43,647 bases of DNA from the IMG/VR virus record IMGVR_UViG_3300012940_000048, positions 1-43,647 of that record; one strand, given 5' to 3'. Source of the DNA: a virus (taxonomy: Duplodnaviria; Caudoviricetes). The notes below the pieces were generated by a model. It saw nothing but the letters and a program-made list of their open reading frames with translations. It was not told the origin of the DNA and made no database searches. Below are positions 23,494 to 34,225 of this stretch, in pieces (within the stretch, counting starts at the first letter, position 1; each line of letters begins with the position of its first letter). The position numbers and the translations under genes are program-made.

Positions 23494-26400
23494 TTAATCA
23501 TTCACGGGCACGGCAGCTTCCATCACATCAAATAGCTGCCGAAGGAAGAACACATTCTGGAACGGAAGGAGCAACCGCATCTGATGCACGGTGTGCTCTG
23601 ACGGATCGTGCAGGGTTGTAAGAACATTGGCCGCACTTTCCGCCGCGCCGAAGCTCGGACCCAACAGCGCCCCAACCAAATCATCCCCACCCCTCCGCGT
23701 ACTCCTTGTTCCACTGAACGTAGCGTAAGGAGCAACAGCCGGAATACGGGATGCAATCGACTGTACCTCGGCAAGGATACCAAGCAGGCCCGAGCGATTG
23801 ATCGCCTCATCCGCCCATTTCTCCGGCCCGGCATTCAGCATCTCTTCTTTCACCTTCCCGCCAACACTCATTCCATACACGTAATAGCCAAGTGCTCCGA
23901 AAGCAAGGGACATCAACGCGCCGTTAACAAACGCAGCATCCCGTTGCTGCAATCCGGCAATCAGCGTTCGGGAGGTGGAGGCGAAGGCAAAGCTTTTGAA
24001 CTGACCCAATATCCGGCCCATCATCGAGCTGTCAATCCACAGCGGCTTATCAATGCCTGGGGTGATAATGGTGTTGTTTACCTCGCGTGTAATCGCCGCG
24101 GAATAGGCTCGAAGAATTTCTTTGTCGGACCACGCTGCCGTATTCGGCCACCAAAGGCCGTTAACTTTCGTGGCACCTCCAGCTTCCGCCATTTGCTTCC
24201 ATATCCTCTGAGCCATATCCGCATCTATGCCATTCTCCGCAAGATACCGTGTTGCTTCCTTAATGTCAATACGGCTGCCGCCGTTAACGATTGCATCAAC
24301 AGAGTCCATCAGCTTAGCGTGCGCAACCACACCTGAGAACTCTTTCATCTTCTCAGTCCATTTATCGAACAGCGCGACCACGCCCATTCGCCTCGACGCA
24401 TACTCGATCGTCGTCTCAAACTTACTCCCTCTGTTAAGATCGTCGAGGAGATCGAAGACGGCCGAGGCCCGAGACTGCATCGTGGCGTCCAGCCCCCCAG
24501 CCAGCCACCGAACTTCTCTCTTCGACAAATTCCAACTCTTAAAGTTGGCGATCATCGGGAGGAACCCATCTCGCATAACCCGAGTCAGCCCATATCGCAT
24601 AACAGGCCGACCAACGTCAGGGATAGAAGAAACGATAACGTTACCCATCTGTCGAAGCACGTTAAGATTGAGCATCGTCCGGCCAAGGCGAGTGCCAAGG
24701 GCTTCCGGGTCCTGCGGCAGTCCCCAGGTATTCCGCAGCCGCCCAACCATCGCCTCCAAGTTCTTTCGGTACAGACCGAACGTATCGTTAATTTCTTCCT
24801 GCTCTTTCGCCAGCCTCTTTTCAATCTTAGCCTTTTCCTCGGGCGTCTTAGCTTTTTCCAGCGCCGCATCCGCCCGTGCCTTAACCTGAGCCAACCGCAT
24901 GTTCATTTCGTCGGCCAGGGACCCGGGGATATTAGCCGCCTTATCCCCCAAGATGTCGGCAAGAGTCGTGCTTCCAAATTTCTTAGAAAGCTCGATGTCC
25001 GGGGCCATCGTTCTCAGCGTCGTTCGCATCAACTTCTCAATATCATTCTCGAGAAAATCTTTAATCGGTTCCGAGGGAATATTGAGCACACGATCAATTT
25101 CACTTCCTCTTGTTTCCCCCGCCATCTTAGAGACACTCGGCAACCGCAGATGTGTTCCCATAATCCGATCCTTCGCAGCCACCGCCATTTCATTTGCGAA
25201 GTCTCTGAACGTCGCCGAACCCCCGTCGAGGTCTATATCATCCGCACCCCTTACCCGCCAGTTATCAAGAAAGTCTGCTTCCCTTGCAGCTTGTTTTGCG
25301 TTAATTTCCTCGATCCTTTTAGTCACCAGCGCGGGGTCAAGAGTAGCCGCCTGGGCGCGAAGACGCTCAGTCCTTACTGCCCTCTTTTCCACAATGCGCT
25401 GAATGCGGGCAAGGGCCTCGTCTTCCATCTCCTGAATAGTCTGTCGAATAGCATTCCGATCAAGATTTTCGGCATCTTCCAATCGCTCCGCAATCTTCGT
25501 CAGTCTATCCGCCCGAGCCTCCTGCAGCGCCTCTGCCCGAACCCCCGCAACAGCATCAACCTCATCTTCCGATGCGAGCTTCACAATCCTTTCAACGCCC
25601 CGATCGTATACCTCAGCGGCCGAAGCAAACTGGTTCTTCAGTTTACTGACCTCAGCATCCAGCTTGTCATCGGACCAGCGTTCTATATCCCGGAGTACCC
25701 GCTGCCCAAGCCTCACAGCCCTTCGCAGCGTATTAACGTTCAAGTCCTCAGCATTCTCAATCCGCTCAAGTTTCTTCGCGTGCTTTTCCTCCATCACCAC
25801 GTAAGAACGGTTAAGGTTGCGAAGGCGACGACGAACATCAGCCCGCTCCGCCTTCAGCTTTTCGAGCGGCTCGCCCGCAGCCTTTTCCATTTCCCGAGCA
25901 TCAGCAAGCAACTGTTTTCTTACCGCCTCATTACGAAGATCGCCACGAAGAGCACGAGCTTGAGCACGCAATCCAGCAATCGTATCTTCCAGTGCCGTAA
26001 CGTGTTCTGCATTAGCTTGCTCATCCAGCTCTTTCAATCTCTGCAAGAACTGCTCTTTCAGCTGCTCTACTTCCTTCGCAGGGCGTTGCAGGTCCTCCGT
26101 CAGTTCCTTAGCCCTTCCCTGCGATTTTTTAAACCTCGAGAGGGACTCCGCAAACTCATCTTCCAGTTGCTTCTGAAAATTTTTCGCCAGTGCCTCTACA
26201 AACTGTTGCGTATTCCGCTTGATAGCAACTCGATCATAATCCCTAAACACCCACGAGGTATCCCCCTTGAGGTCTATGTCCTTAGAGATAAGTCCGAGTC
26301 GCTGAGCCTCACGAAGCATAGGGTCGAAAAGCTCCGCCCGAATAGTCCGAGCAACTTCAGCTACCTGCGGAATAGAATGTTGATCTCCATTCCGCAATGC

Positions 26401-27561
26401 TTCGGTAATCGCAGCCCTAAACTCCGCCTTAGTCAGCTTCCCGTTAGTCTGTCCCATAACATCGGTAAGCCCTGCCCGAAGTCCCGGAGCCAACTTAGGG
26501 GCATTGCCCTCAAACCGATAATCCATAAACATCTCATCGAGTTTGTTTATGATTGAGGGATAAACGTTGTAGTGAGTCTGCACCCGCATTTCCACGGTAC
26601 CGCCAGGGGCGGTTGGTATACCTGCTTCATGACCCATAAACCGGAACCCGCCATCTGACAGTTGCACGGTAGCCCCTCTGGCCACTTCACTTTGCAGATG
26701 ATCTACAGGAACTTGCCGCACCGTTGCCCCTTCCCGCACCGTCCGCATGGGCTGCACAACGTTATAGGAAACAGGGTTACGAGTGAGGGCATTGGAGTCA
26801 GTAAGACGGGTGGCGGTAACGCCACCAGAAGCTAGATGCGCAGCCCAATCCGGGACCGCTGGTGCAGCTGCTTCTGCACCAGCCCCCACCGGCCTCACCG
26901 TTGACATGAGCGCCGTTGTTTCATTCAGGGCTTTCGTAACCTGATCAAATTCCCGCGCGGTCAAGTGGCCAACTGCACCGCCGAGCAGCCCAGAGAGAAC
27001 GGTTTGAGCCGCAATCCCGAACACCGACTCGGAAGTAGTTCGAGTTTCTTGTCCGGCCTGCAGCATACCTTCCTGCACCGCGCCCACACCCGCCCCGATC
27101 AATGCCGCTTCCCGAGCAAACTGCCACGCAGTCCGTGCCTTTGTAGCCGGTCCTATCAACGGGATGAAAGAGGTGGGAGAAATTATTCCACCAAGAATAG
27201 ACCCCGCGAAACCAGCAAACCCTGCGCGAGATGCAATATCACGCTTTTTCTGTTCATCCATGATCCGGGCAATGATACTGCGTGTTTCTTCCGGGGACTG
27301 AGACCCGGTAAAATTCCACCGGTAATTCTCGAAAAAATCCGTACCGTTTTCGCGGTCGAATTGGCGCAGATCATCCCCTAAGAGATAATCCGGCTTCGGC
27401 TCATAAACCGGCCTCGACAATAATTCAACGGCAGCTATCACATCATTTTCGAGAGCAAAGCCCGCACCAAAACCCTCCATAAAGGAGACGTCGGGCTGAG
27501 CCGGGCGTTCCGGACGCGGGCTGATATTAAATCCCGAAGGGGTCTCATCGATTATTGGCAT
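23494..27561 (-). CDS. Large internal virion (ejection) protein
   Basis: 1355 aa, helical and coiled-coil; third ejection-protein position, equivalent to T7 gp16. Confidence 0.8.
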   Translation of the reverse strand: MPIIDETPSGFNISPRPERPAQPDVSFMEGFGAGFALENDVIAAVELLSRPVYEPKPDYLLGDDLRQFDRENGTDFFENYRWNFTGSQSPEETRSIIARIMDEQKKRDIASRAGFAGFAGSILGGIISPTSFIPLIGPATKARTAWQFAREAALIGAGVGAVQEGMLQAGQETRTTSESVFGIAAQTVLSGLLGGAVGHLTAREFDQVTKALNETTALMSTVRPVGAGAEAAAPAVPDWAAHLASGGVTATRLTDSNALTRNPVSYNVVQPMRTVREGATVRQVPVDHLQSEVARGATVQLSDGGFRFMGHEAGIPTAPGGTVEMRVQTHYNVYPSIINKLDEMFMDYRFEGNAPKLAPGLRAGLTDVMGQTNGKLTKAEFRAAITEALRNGDQHSIPQVAEVARTIRAELFDPMLREAQRLGLISKDIDLKGDTSWVFRDYDRVAIKRNTQQFVEALAKNFQKQLEDEFAESLSRFKKSQGRAKELTEDLQRPAKEVEQLKEQFLQRLKELDEQANAEHVTALEDTIAGLRAQARALRGDLRNEAVRKQLLADAREMEKAAGEPLEKLKAERADVRRRLRNLNRSYVVMEEKHAKKLERIENAEDLNVNTLRRAVRLGQRVLRDIERWSDDKLDAEVSKLKNQFASAAEVYDRGVERIVKLASEDEVDAVAGVRAEALQEARADRLTKIAERLEDAENLDRNAIRQTIQEMEDEALARIQRIVEKRAVRTERLRAQAATLDPALVTKRIEEINAKQAAREADFLDNWRVRGADDIDLDGGSATFRDFANEMAVAAKDRIMGTHLRLPSVSKMAGETRGSEIDRVLNIPSEPIKDFLENDIEKLMRTTLRTMAPDIELSKKFGSTTLADILGDKAANIPGSLADEMNMRLAQVKARADAALEKAKTPEEKAKIEKRLAKEQEEINDTFGLYRKNLEAMVGRLRNTWGLPQDPEALGTRLGRTMLNLNVLRQMGNVIVSSIPDVGRPVMRYGLTRVMRDGFLPMIANFKSWNLSKREVRWLAGGLDATMQSRASAVFDLLDDLNRGSKFETTIEYASRRMGVVALFDKWTEKMKEFSGVVAHAKLMDSVDAIVNGGSRIDIKEATRYLAENGIDADMAQRIWKQMAEAGGATKVNGLWWPNTAAWSDKEILRAYSAAITREVNNTIITPGIDKPLWIDSSMMGRILGQFKSFAFASTSRTLIAGLQQRDAAFVNGALMSLAFGALGYYVYGMSVGGKVKEEMLNAGPEKWADEAINRSGLLGILAEVQSIASRIPAVAPYATFSGTRSTRRGGDDLVGALLGPSFGAAESAANVLTTLHDPSEHTVHQMRLLLPFQNVFFLRQLFDVMEAAVPVND

Positions 27562-30190
27562 TGCCTACCATCCTTCCAACTTCAGCCCCAAGCTGCGCTG
27601 CGCGCTCACCTTCAAGCCGCCGCTTATTCTCCGGATTTTCTTCCCGGAGAACCTTCCGCAACTCATGATATTCTTTCCGAAGAGCCTCAAGGGCATCCAA
27701 ATCCTCTTGCGGAACATCTTGCCCGCCAAGTTCAGCCGCCTTAACAAGGTTGCCCAACTCTACGAGTTCTCTAGAAACTTGAGAGGCCCGAGCCCTTCGA
27801 TCAAAGTATTCCTCATCTTCCCGTTTCACCTTTTCCGGAACCTGCACCCAAGTCCTCCCGGGCAGTTCTTTCCAGATCCCGTCCTTATACGAGACCACCT
27901 TGTAACTTACCGGGCGATCCAACTGCCCCGCCTTCCGCAGACGAACCTCTCGATCCGTTTCTTCATCCGAGATCAACTGGAAATCTTCGCTACCCAGTTT
28001 ATGTTCCGTTCGGATCTGATCCGTAATCCACTTGTACGAGCCGTTATAAGGTTTGTAGCCCGTGGCAGGGTCTTCGGGAGGATTGCGCATAAGTACCTTC
28101 TGGCCCACCTCCGTAACCTTCCAGCGCTTCGCCAGCTTCTCTTCCGTAACCCTTTGCGCATCCTCCACATTCCCGTATCTTTCATACGCATCAGTGAAGA
28201 GCGTGCGATACTCTTTGTTAATCGCTGCGGCCGCATAGGGGATGGAGCTAATCTGCGCGTCAGAAGAGAACCAGAAGCTTCCCTCTTTCTTCACAAACTG
28301 CTGAACCAGTCCATTGATGGTTGGGAGTTTCGTCCCCGTATCAATCTTCGACAGGATCGTGTCCGCATCCTTCCGAAGCTGCTGACGGGCCTGCCTCTCT
28401 TCCATACTCACACCAGGATTAAGCTGTTTCATCAGCTCATCATCCGGAACAAGTCCACGCCTTGCCCGCCAATATTCCACGTCATCCTGAAGCGAGTCCG
28501 GAACTTGTGAGTCAAAGGCTCGTGGATCGGCGTCTGCAAGCTGTGAAAGCGTATCCAAAGCAAAGAGCGCTTTGCCTTGATTATTGCTTCTCACCATTCC
28601 GGTCAACAGCCCAACCACGTCAGAGGGAATAACCCCACCCTTAGTCACCAGCGGAACCAAGGCTGAGGAAACATATTCCTGATTACCTTCCGACAGCGCT
28701 TGTATCCCATCTTTCCCTATCAGCGCATTCAAGCCTTTTTTCGTATTCGTGTCAGTGGGATCGAGGGGATAGCCGGACTCAATCCGACCAAGCGTTGCTG
28801 AGGCCAGTCCCACGCCTTCGGAATAATCTTTCAGCGCCTTATCCAGAGAGGTCAGGTCCGAGAATTTCATCCCCGGATTTGACTCCCTAAACCGATCGAT
28901 CTCAGTCTGCCCCGCATTTCCGTCATGAATGTCCGTCAGCAACTTATTGAGATTGCTCTCGTACATCGCCTTTCGCTGCTTAGCTTCTTCTGTAGCTTCT
29001 GCAGCGGCATCCCTCATAGCATCTTCACGGAGGGATACGCGGGTTTCGTACGGGACATTGGCGAAGCGAGCATCTTCATCCAGCGGCGAGGGAGGCGTCG
29101 CTTCACCACGGATAATTGCCGCCTCTTCCGCTCTCCGTTCCTTATTCGCGCTAAGGTTTTCCACAGCCCCCGCGATTTTATTCACGTCGCCCGAGGCAAC
29201 TGCCGTTACCACGGAATTAGGCAATGATCCGTAATTATACGCGACTGAGGTCAAAGCTGCCTGAACATTTCCCGGGAGCCCGTTCCAAGTATCCTTTCCG
29301 ACTTGTTTAGCAATGACCCCCTGAAATTCAGGAATACGGCGACGCAGATCGCGTTCCGCATCTTCCCGACTAATCTTATCCCCTTTATTAACACGTACAA
29401 CAGTTCCGTCTGACTTCGTTATCGTATCAGTTCCATAACCAATACGCCACGCATCATGCTGACCTGTACTTGTACGCTTATCCGAGTAAGCTTTATCACT
29501 CCATCCCTCAAACCGTTTAATCAGGTTCGCGGCATCTGCATTCCCCCCATAGCTTTTAGCATCTGCCGCCACCGCCGCTCGGTACACAACGGCCTCCAGC
29601 CCCTGCGTCGTATTTCGGTTCAGTTCATATTTTTCCGCTTCAGTCAGGCCAGTAAGATTAACCGCCTCAGCAACCCTTCCTTTCCACACCTCCAACTGAG
29701 ATGGGTCGCCCCCAAGGCGAGGGTCGAGGGAATTTCTCGCCTTCTCATAAATATCCTTAACGCCCTGACGGAAGAAGGAGTCTCCCGCTGCGTATTCATA
29801 ATCAAGAGCTTTTCCGACAAGCCCCTGCTTAAGCTGTTGGGCGCGAAAAGTAAACTCGTCCCGAAGTTCCGGCGCGACTCTAGTCGCTAGAAACCGCTCA
29901 GCAAACTTATCATATTGCTGTTCGACGGAACGTGCGAACCCCGCCCCATTCGCCGGAGCCCCTCGTTTCTGTTCTTCAAGATGCTCCGCCATCTCAGTTT
30001 CAAATTTACTGAGTTCCGTAAGCGCGCCGAACCGATTAACCTTTTCTTCTCGCTGCTGCAGCTGCGCTGCGAACGCACCAAGTCCCTGCGCGAGCGCCTG
30101 CACGCCCGCCATGTTAGGTCGAGCATTGCTATAAGCTCTCGTAGTAGTCGGAGCCGCAACACGGTTAGAAGTAAGTGTTGGAACCTTCAT
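27545..30190 (-). CDS. Internal virion protein with GH24 lysozyme domain
   Basis: IKRFEG...WRIGYG; AALTSVAYNYG; RRAEEA. Confidence 0.85.
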   Translation of the reverse strand: MKVPTLTSNRVAAPTTTRAYSNARPNMAGVQALAQGLGAFAAQLQQREEKVNRFGALTELSKFETEMAEHLEEQKRGAPANGAGFARSVEQQYDKFAERFLATRVAPELRDEFTFRAQQLKQGLVGKALDYEYAAGDSFFRQGVKDIYEKARNSLDPRLGGDPSQLEVWKGRVAEAVNLTGLTEAEKYELNRNTTQGLEAVVYRAAVAADAKSYGGNADAANLIKRFEGWSDKAYSDKRTSTGQHDAWRIGYGTDTITKSDGTVVRVNKGDKISREDAERDLRRRIPEFQGVIAKQVGKDTWNGLPGNVQAALTSVAYNYGSLPNSVVTAVASGDVNKIAGAVENLSANKERRAEEAAIIRGEATPPSPLDEDARFANVPYETRVSLREDAMRDAAAEATEEAKQRKAMYESNLNKLLTDIHDGNAGQTEIDRFRESNPGMKFSDLTSLDKALKDYSEGVGLASATLGRIESGYPLDPTDTNTKKGLNALIGKDGIQALSEGNQEYVSSALVPLVTKGGVIPSDVVGLLTGMVRSNNQGKALFALDTLSQLADADPRAFDSQVPDSLQDDVEYWRARRGLVPDDELMKQLNPGVSMEERQARQQLRKDADTILSKIDTGTKLPTINGLVQQFVKKEGSFWFSSDAQISSIPYAAAAINKEYRTLFTDAYERYGNVEDAQRVTEEKLAKRWKVTEVGQKVLMRNPPEDPATGYKPYNGSYKWITDQIRTEHKLGSEDFQLISDEETDREVRLRKAGQLDRPVSYKVVSYKDGIWKELPGRTWVQVPEKVKREDEEYFDRRARASQVSRELVELGNLVKAAELGGQDVPQEDLDALEALRKEYHELRKVLREENPENKRRLEGERAAQLGAEVGRMVGNANNR

Positions 30191-30759
30191 ACCGTTCGCC
30201 TCCTCAAGCTAACCCCATTTTGAACCCAAGGGTCATTTCTAAATCTTGCTGCTGTAGCCGACCTTGTGGGTTGAGCTCTCCCGACAAAAGATCCCGCAGC
30301 CCCAAGGCCCGCACCAACCAAATTCATAATCCCAGAACTTTTAGCTGAGGCTGCCTCACTCTTAAAGTCAGCCGCCTGCTGCATAAAGTTACTCGACTCA
30401 GCCAGTCCAGCTTCTCGAATCCTCTGCGCGTCCTGTCTTCCCAGTTTCTTACTAGACCTTCGCGTAAGCATCTGCGAACGGCCGGTAAGTCCAGACGCGC
30501 CTTGAATAGCCTCTTGCTGGCCGGCCAGTGCGGCCAGTTCCTGGTCGGAACGTTCGGCCTCAAGCTGCGACTGCATTGAAGCACGCTTAGCATTTTCTTC
30601 CGCTATAGCCGCATTTTGCTCAGCTACCTTTGCCTGATACTGCGCCTGCCCATATGCAGCGACGCCGGACAAAAGCGTACTACCAGCGCTAAGCGCGGTG
30701 CCAAGACCTCCGCTAAAGAGGGAGCCGATAGCGGCGGGAATTGCTGCTAGAAAAGCCAT
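30187..30759 (-). CDS. Internal virion protein (T7 gp14-like position)
   Basis: Ala/Gly/Gln-rich with hydrophobic termini. Confidence 0.75.
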   Translation of the reverse strand: MAFLAAIPAAIGSLFSGGLGTALSAGSTLLSGVAAYGQAQYQAKVAEQNAAIAEENAKRASMQSQLEAERSDQELAALAGQQEAIQGASGLTGRSQMLTRRSSKKLGRQDAQRIREAGLAESSNFMQQAADFKSEAASAKSSGIMNLVGAGLGAAGSFVGRAQPTRSATAARFRNDPWVQNGVSLRRRTV

Positions 30760-31179
30760 TTAAAACTCCCACACTTTAAATTCACGACCAAACAGTTCCG
30801 TTCTCTGTTCAGTCTTTTTAAACCCGGCGAACTTCGCAAACCTTTCCCCGACTCCCCAACCATTTTCTACCAACGTTTCCAGCTTCGGGTAATACATAGG
30901 AACAACTTCCATCAGCTTTTTAATCATCCGGAGGTTATAGCTAACCTTACCATCGGTTAACGTGGAGCATACAAGGAGCCAAAGACGCGGTACGGAAAGA
31001 AGAGACGAGCGAATAACCCCTACGACCAGCACAGGAATATCATCGAAAGTCACTACCCAAATCCCCTCGGAAGCCCTCTGAATATCCCCAAGGCTAGCCG
31101 CACCGAGAAGAACCTCTCGCTTGGAATATTTCGCATAAGACAACTGCGGAATAAAATCTACCGCCTTAATCTGTATCAT
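30760..31179 (-). CDS. Putative GNAT-fold virion assembly protein (T7 gp13-like position)
   Basis: GGAGG RBS; RFAKFAGF motif; synteny. Confidence 0.65.
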   Translation of the reverse strand: MIQIKAVDFIPQLSYAKYSKREVLLGAASLGDIQRASEGIWVVTFDDIPVLVVGVIRSSLLSVPRLWLLVCSTLTDGKVSYNLRMIKKLMEVVPMYYPKLETLVENGWGVGERFAKFAGFKKTEQRTELFGREFKVWEF

Positions 31180-34100
31180 CACCAACCTCCAGATCAGGGA
31201 CGAGGCCAAGGATCGTAGCCGGCAACGGGTTACGCTGCACAAAATACGTCTGTCCGTTTTCGTCCCAATCGGTTTCCAAAATCTGATACTTAATCCCGCT
31301 CAGCATGAGAGTTGGGGTGGCATACGCCTCAATAGTACGCTCCCGAAGAGGATAAGTGTTATCGAGACGAAGTCCAGCCTCTACACCCCGGCTTTCATTC
31401 AGTCTAATCCCCACCCCCACAACCCGTTTTCTCCGGGCCTCAATCGGCAAGTCCTGCACGGTCTGCGGAAGAGTCTGCATTATCGCTTCATACCCCAATC
31501 CGATCGTCACCTTACTCACCGCATCAGGAAGAGTTATACTTCCGTTAACCACTCGCTGAGGTGGAAATACACTACCATCTCCCTGAATAGCTACCTCTTC
31601 CCCCTCCAGATGCCAAAGGCCCCCAAACGTCTTTTGAGTAGGTCCGATCGTCCATTCTTCCGCAGCTACACTAAAGTGCCGGCCTTCTTCATCCTCAGGA
31701 ATAAAATTCTTCGGCGGAGCTATAACAAAAGCCTTTGCCTCGTTCCCCGTCAACACCTCTTTAATAACCAAGATGCCGTCGGCAACCCGTACCCACCACT
31801 CATCCTTTCCGAGGAAATAATCGTTTTCCGTGGTGAGGGTTACGTACTGTTCCAAGTTTTCCTCATAGATCGGGGATATGGTAAGGGGCTGAGTCGCTGG
31901 AGGGGGCTCATGCTTAAGCCCGGAGTCAACGCACCAAGAGTCCTCGATATTCACGAAGTTACGTAATGCCTGCCGTTCAAAATACTTACGAGTCCGTCCG
32001 TTGATAATGCGCTCAACGGTCACGTAAGCTCGATCAAACCCGTTTTCTTCAATCCCCGAGATTGTTTTAAACTTCCCTTTCGTCGTCCCCCACGTCCACG
32101 CGAAAACGTCCTGCTCCTTCACAACCGTGAAAGCAACCAGCGCCCCATCCGTCCGAACTCCCCAAATAACTTTCAACGGATTTTCCGCGAAGTACCACGA
32201 GGATATTTGTTTATCGAAAGAAAAGAGATGGTTGGACAGAATGCTTTTATCTTCGCCGCTGTAAACGCGAGAGAACTCGTTGTAGGAAAGAAGACGAACA
32301 GCGTAACCCTTGCCTTCAATATAAACGAGATCGGTTCCGATCCGAAGGGGCGGAACGCGGCTCACACCGGTGTAAGTTTGTGGGTCAGCCAGTGCGTTAG
32401 TCGGCGTAACGGGACCTGAAGGTCCACCCACCAACTGCCAAATTCCCGTCTGCGACATCATCAGCAATCCACCCCGAGAGGGGAATAGATGAAGGATCGG
32501 GGAAATAGACGCACTGTCAATCTCATACTCATAATAATCGTTGTCGAGAGTAATTTCTCCGTAGTCAAAGTTAGAGAAGCGAGAGGGCTGCGAGGCCCAA
32601 AAAGTCAGTGGGTCATTTCGAGAAGCGGCGTAAAGCTGACGTTGCTGAAAGATCGTAGAGACGCTTGGGTAGGTCCCGGAAAGAGGAGTCATTTTCGCGA
32701 GGAATGTCCCCCCGATAAGACCGGACTGGGATATTTTAAGCGAGACAGACAACTGACCAAACTGGTCAGTAGGATATCCATTGCCCTGGTTAAGTACAGT
32801 AACGCTGGTAACAGCACCCCCTGTAACATTGGCCATCCCCAAGAAGCCACCACCTTGAGAAGAGGACGCAGTTACAGTACTTCCGTCTACATAACCTGAT
32901 CCGCCGTTTAGAACAATAACACCGGTTATCCGCCCGTTAAGGTTTATCTGAGCCCTTCCCCGAAAACCCGACCCAACTGTATTATCAAAGGTGAAAACAG
33001 GGTTCTCGTAATTCTTTCCTCCGTTAAGAATTTGGATAGAGGTCAAAGCCCCATCAGGATCAGAAACAGTAAAGCCGCTAAAGTCCGTTCCGTCTCCATC
33101 AGTATACATGCCGACGGAAAAAGGAACGCTTCCCGCCGGGGGCGTCTCCACAATTACCTGTTTAATCCGTCCCGGCGCGAAAGGATTGTAACGATTGGGA
33201 GGACTTTTCGTAAAGTCAGGAACAATGTTAGCGTCGGTAAAGGAAAGGCCCTTAGACTTTCCAATATAACCGAGTTGCGCCGCCGCCGTCATCTTGGGAG
33301 TTCCGCTGTAGGAACTGATATGAGACCGGTAGATATTGTAATATATTGCGTTAGGGATGGAGTCCCATTTGTAGGTTACAGAGCCTTTTTCCACAGAATA
33401 ATTTACAATCCCTGAAAGACGCTTAGGGGGCGCCATTTCACTTTCAGTACCATCCTCAAAAACGGCTGTCACGGACCAGACAATTTCACTCGACCCGGAG
33501 CCAGACCCACTCGCATTAAGCCCCCCAGGGGCTCCTACCAAACCCCCAATAGTCTCTTCTTCAATAAACCAATCAGTATGGTCTCGCCGTATGAGGTTCG
33601 AGATTGGGTAATCTAGGTGGCAAAGGCGGAGAAGATCTCGGATTTGGTACGCGTGCAAACCCTCCAAATCATCGCCAGAGTACGGCGTCTCCACCTCATA
33701 AACTCGAGACACAAACGCGCCCCCGGAATACGGCTCAGTATAGTTAAGGGTTGTGTCATCAAAAACACTCACCAGATTAAACGTATCTGGAGTAAGTACT
33801 TCCACGGAATACGTAAAGAAGGTGAGGGAAGGGAGGTCAAAAACCTTAACCCAATCCCCAGTCGCAAAGTCATGCCCCACAATAGTGAAGATGTCTCCGG
33901 CAATTGCCTCAATCTCTACTTCATCCTCCAGCACATACGCATTGTCCTGAATAAATCGAACGTAGTGATGGCCGAAGAGGAGTTCATAAGTGTTGGTTAG
34001 GTCCGGCGAAAACTGAAACGGGACAAACTTCGTAGGCTTGTCCTCGTGTTTGATGAAGTCACCAAACTCAAACCCGGGCCGCGTACTAAGCCCCCCTCGA

Positions 34101-34225
34101 TAATCCACAAACCAATTCCGAGCGAGGGCCACGCCGAAGTCGTACTTCGTCAGGTCCGTTCGGCCGAAGAGCGTCTTAGAAATCTCACCGGCAACGAACG
34201 CATATTTAATAAGCTCATTGCTCAT
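31166..34225 (-). CDS. Tail tubular protein B (nozzle)
   Basis: FVAGEIS; GGLSTRPG; YPSVSTIFQQR; DSWCVDSG; GLWHLEG. Confidence 0.9.
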   Translation of the reverse strand: MSNELIKYAFVAGEISKTLFGRTDLTKYDFGVALARNWFVDYRGGLSTRPGFEFGDFIKHEDKPTKFVPFQFSPDLTNTYELLFGHHYVRFIQDNAYVLEDEVEIEAIAGDIFTIVGHDFATGDWVKVFDLPSLTFFTYSVEVLTPDTFNLVSVFDDTTLNYTEPYSGGAFVSRVYEVETPYSGDDLEGLHAYQIRDLLRLCHLDYPISNLIRRDHTDWFIEEETIGGLVGAPGGLNASGSGSGSSEIVWSVTAVFEDGTESEMAPPKRLSGIVNYSVEKGSVTYKWDSIPNAIYYNIYRSHISSYSGTPKMTAAAQLGYIGKSKGLSFTDANIVPDFTKSPPNRYNPFAPGRIKQVIVETPPAGSVPFSVGMYTDGDGTDFSGFTVSDPDGALTSIQILNGGKNYENPVFTFDNTVGSGFRGRAQINLNGRITGVIVLNGGSGYVDGSTVTASSSQGGGFLGMANVTGGAVTSVTVLNQGNGYPTDQFGQLSVSLKISQSGLIGGTFLAKMTPLSGTYPSVSTIFQQRQLYAASRNDPLTFWASQPSRFSNFDYGEITLDNDYYEYEIDSASISPILHLFPSRGGLLMMSQTGIWQLVGGPSGPVTPTNALADPQTYTGVSRVPPLRIGTDLVYIEGKGYAVRLLSYNEFSRVYSGEDKSILSNHLFSFDKQISSWYFAENPLKVIWGVRTDGALVAFTVVKEQDVFAWTWGTTKGKFKTISGIEENGFDRAYVTVERIINGRTRKYFERQALRNFVNIEDSWCVDSGLKHEPPPATQPLTISPIYEENLEQYVTLTTENDYFLGKDEWWVRVADGILVIKEVLTGNEAKAFVIAPPKNFIPEDEEGRHFSVAAEEWTIGPTQKTFGGLWHLEGEEVAIQGDGSVFPPQRVVNGSITLPDAVSKVTIGLGYEAIMQTLPQTVQDLPIEARRKRVVGVGIRLNESRGVEAGLRLDNTYPLRERTIEAYATPTLMLSGIKYQILETDWDENGQTYFVQRNPLPATILGLVPDLEVGDDTD

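Noticed and set aside
25150-26556. 468-aa plus-strand ORF
   Set aside because: Antisense to the coiled-coil region of the ejection protein; no RBS or motifs
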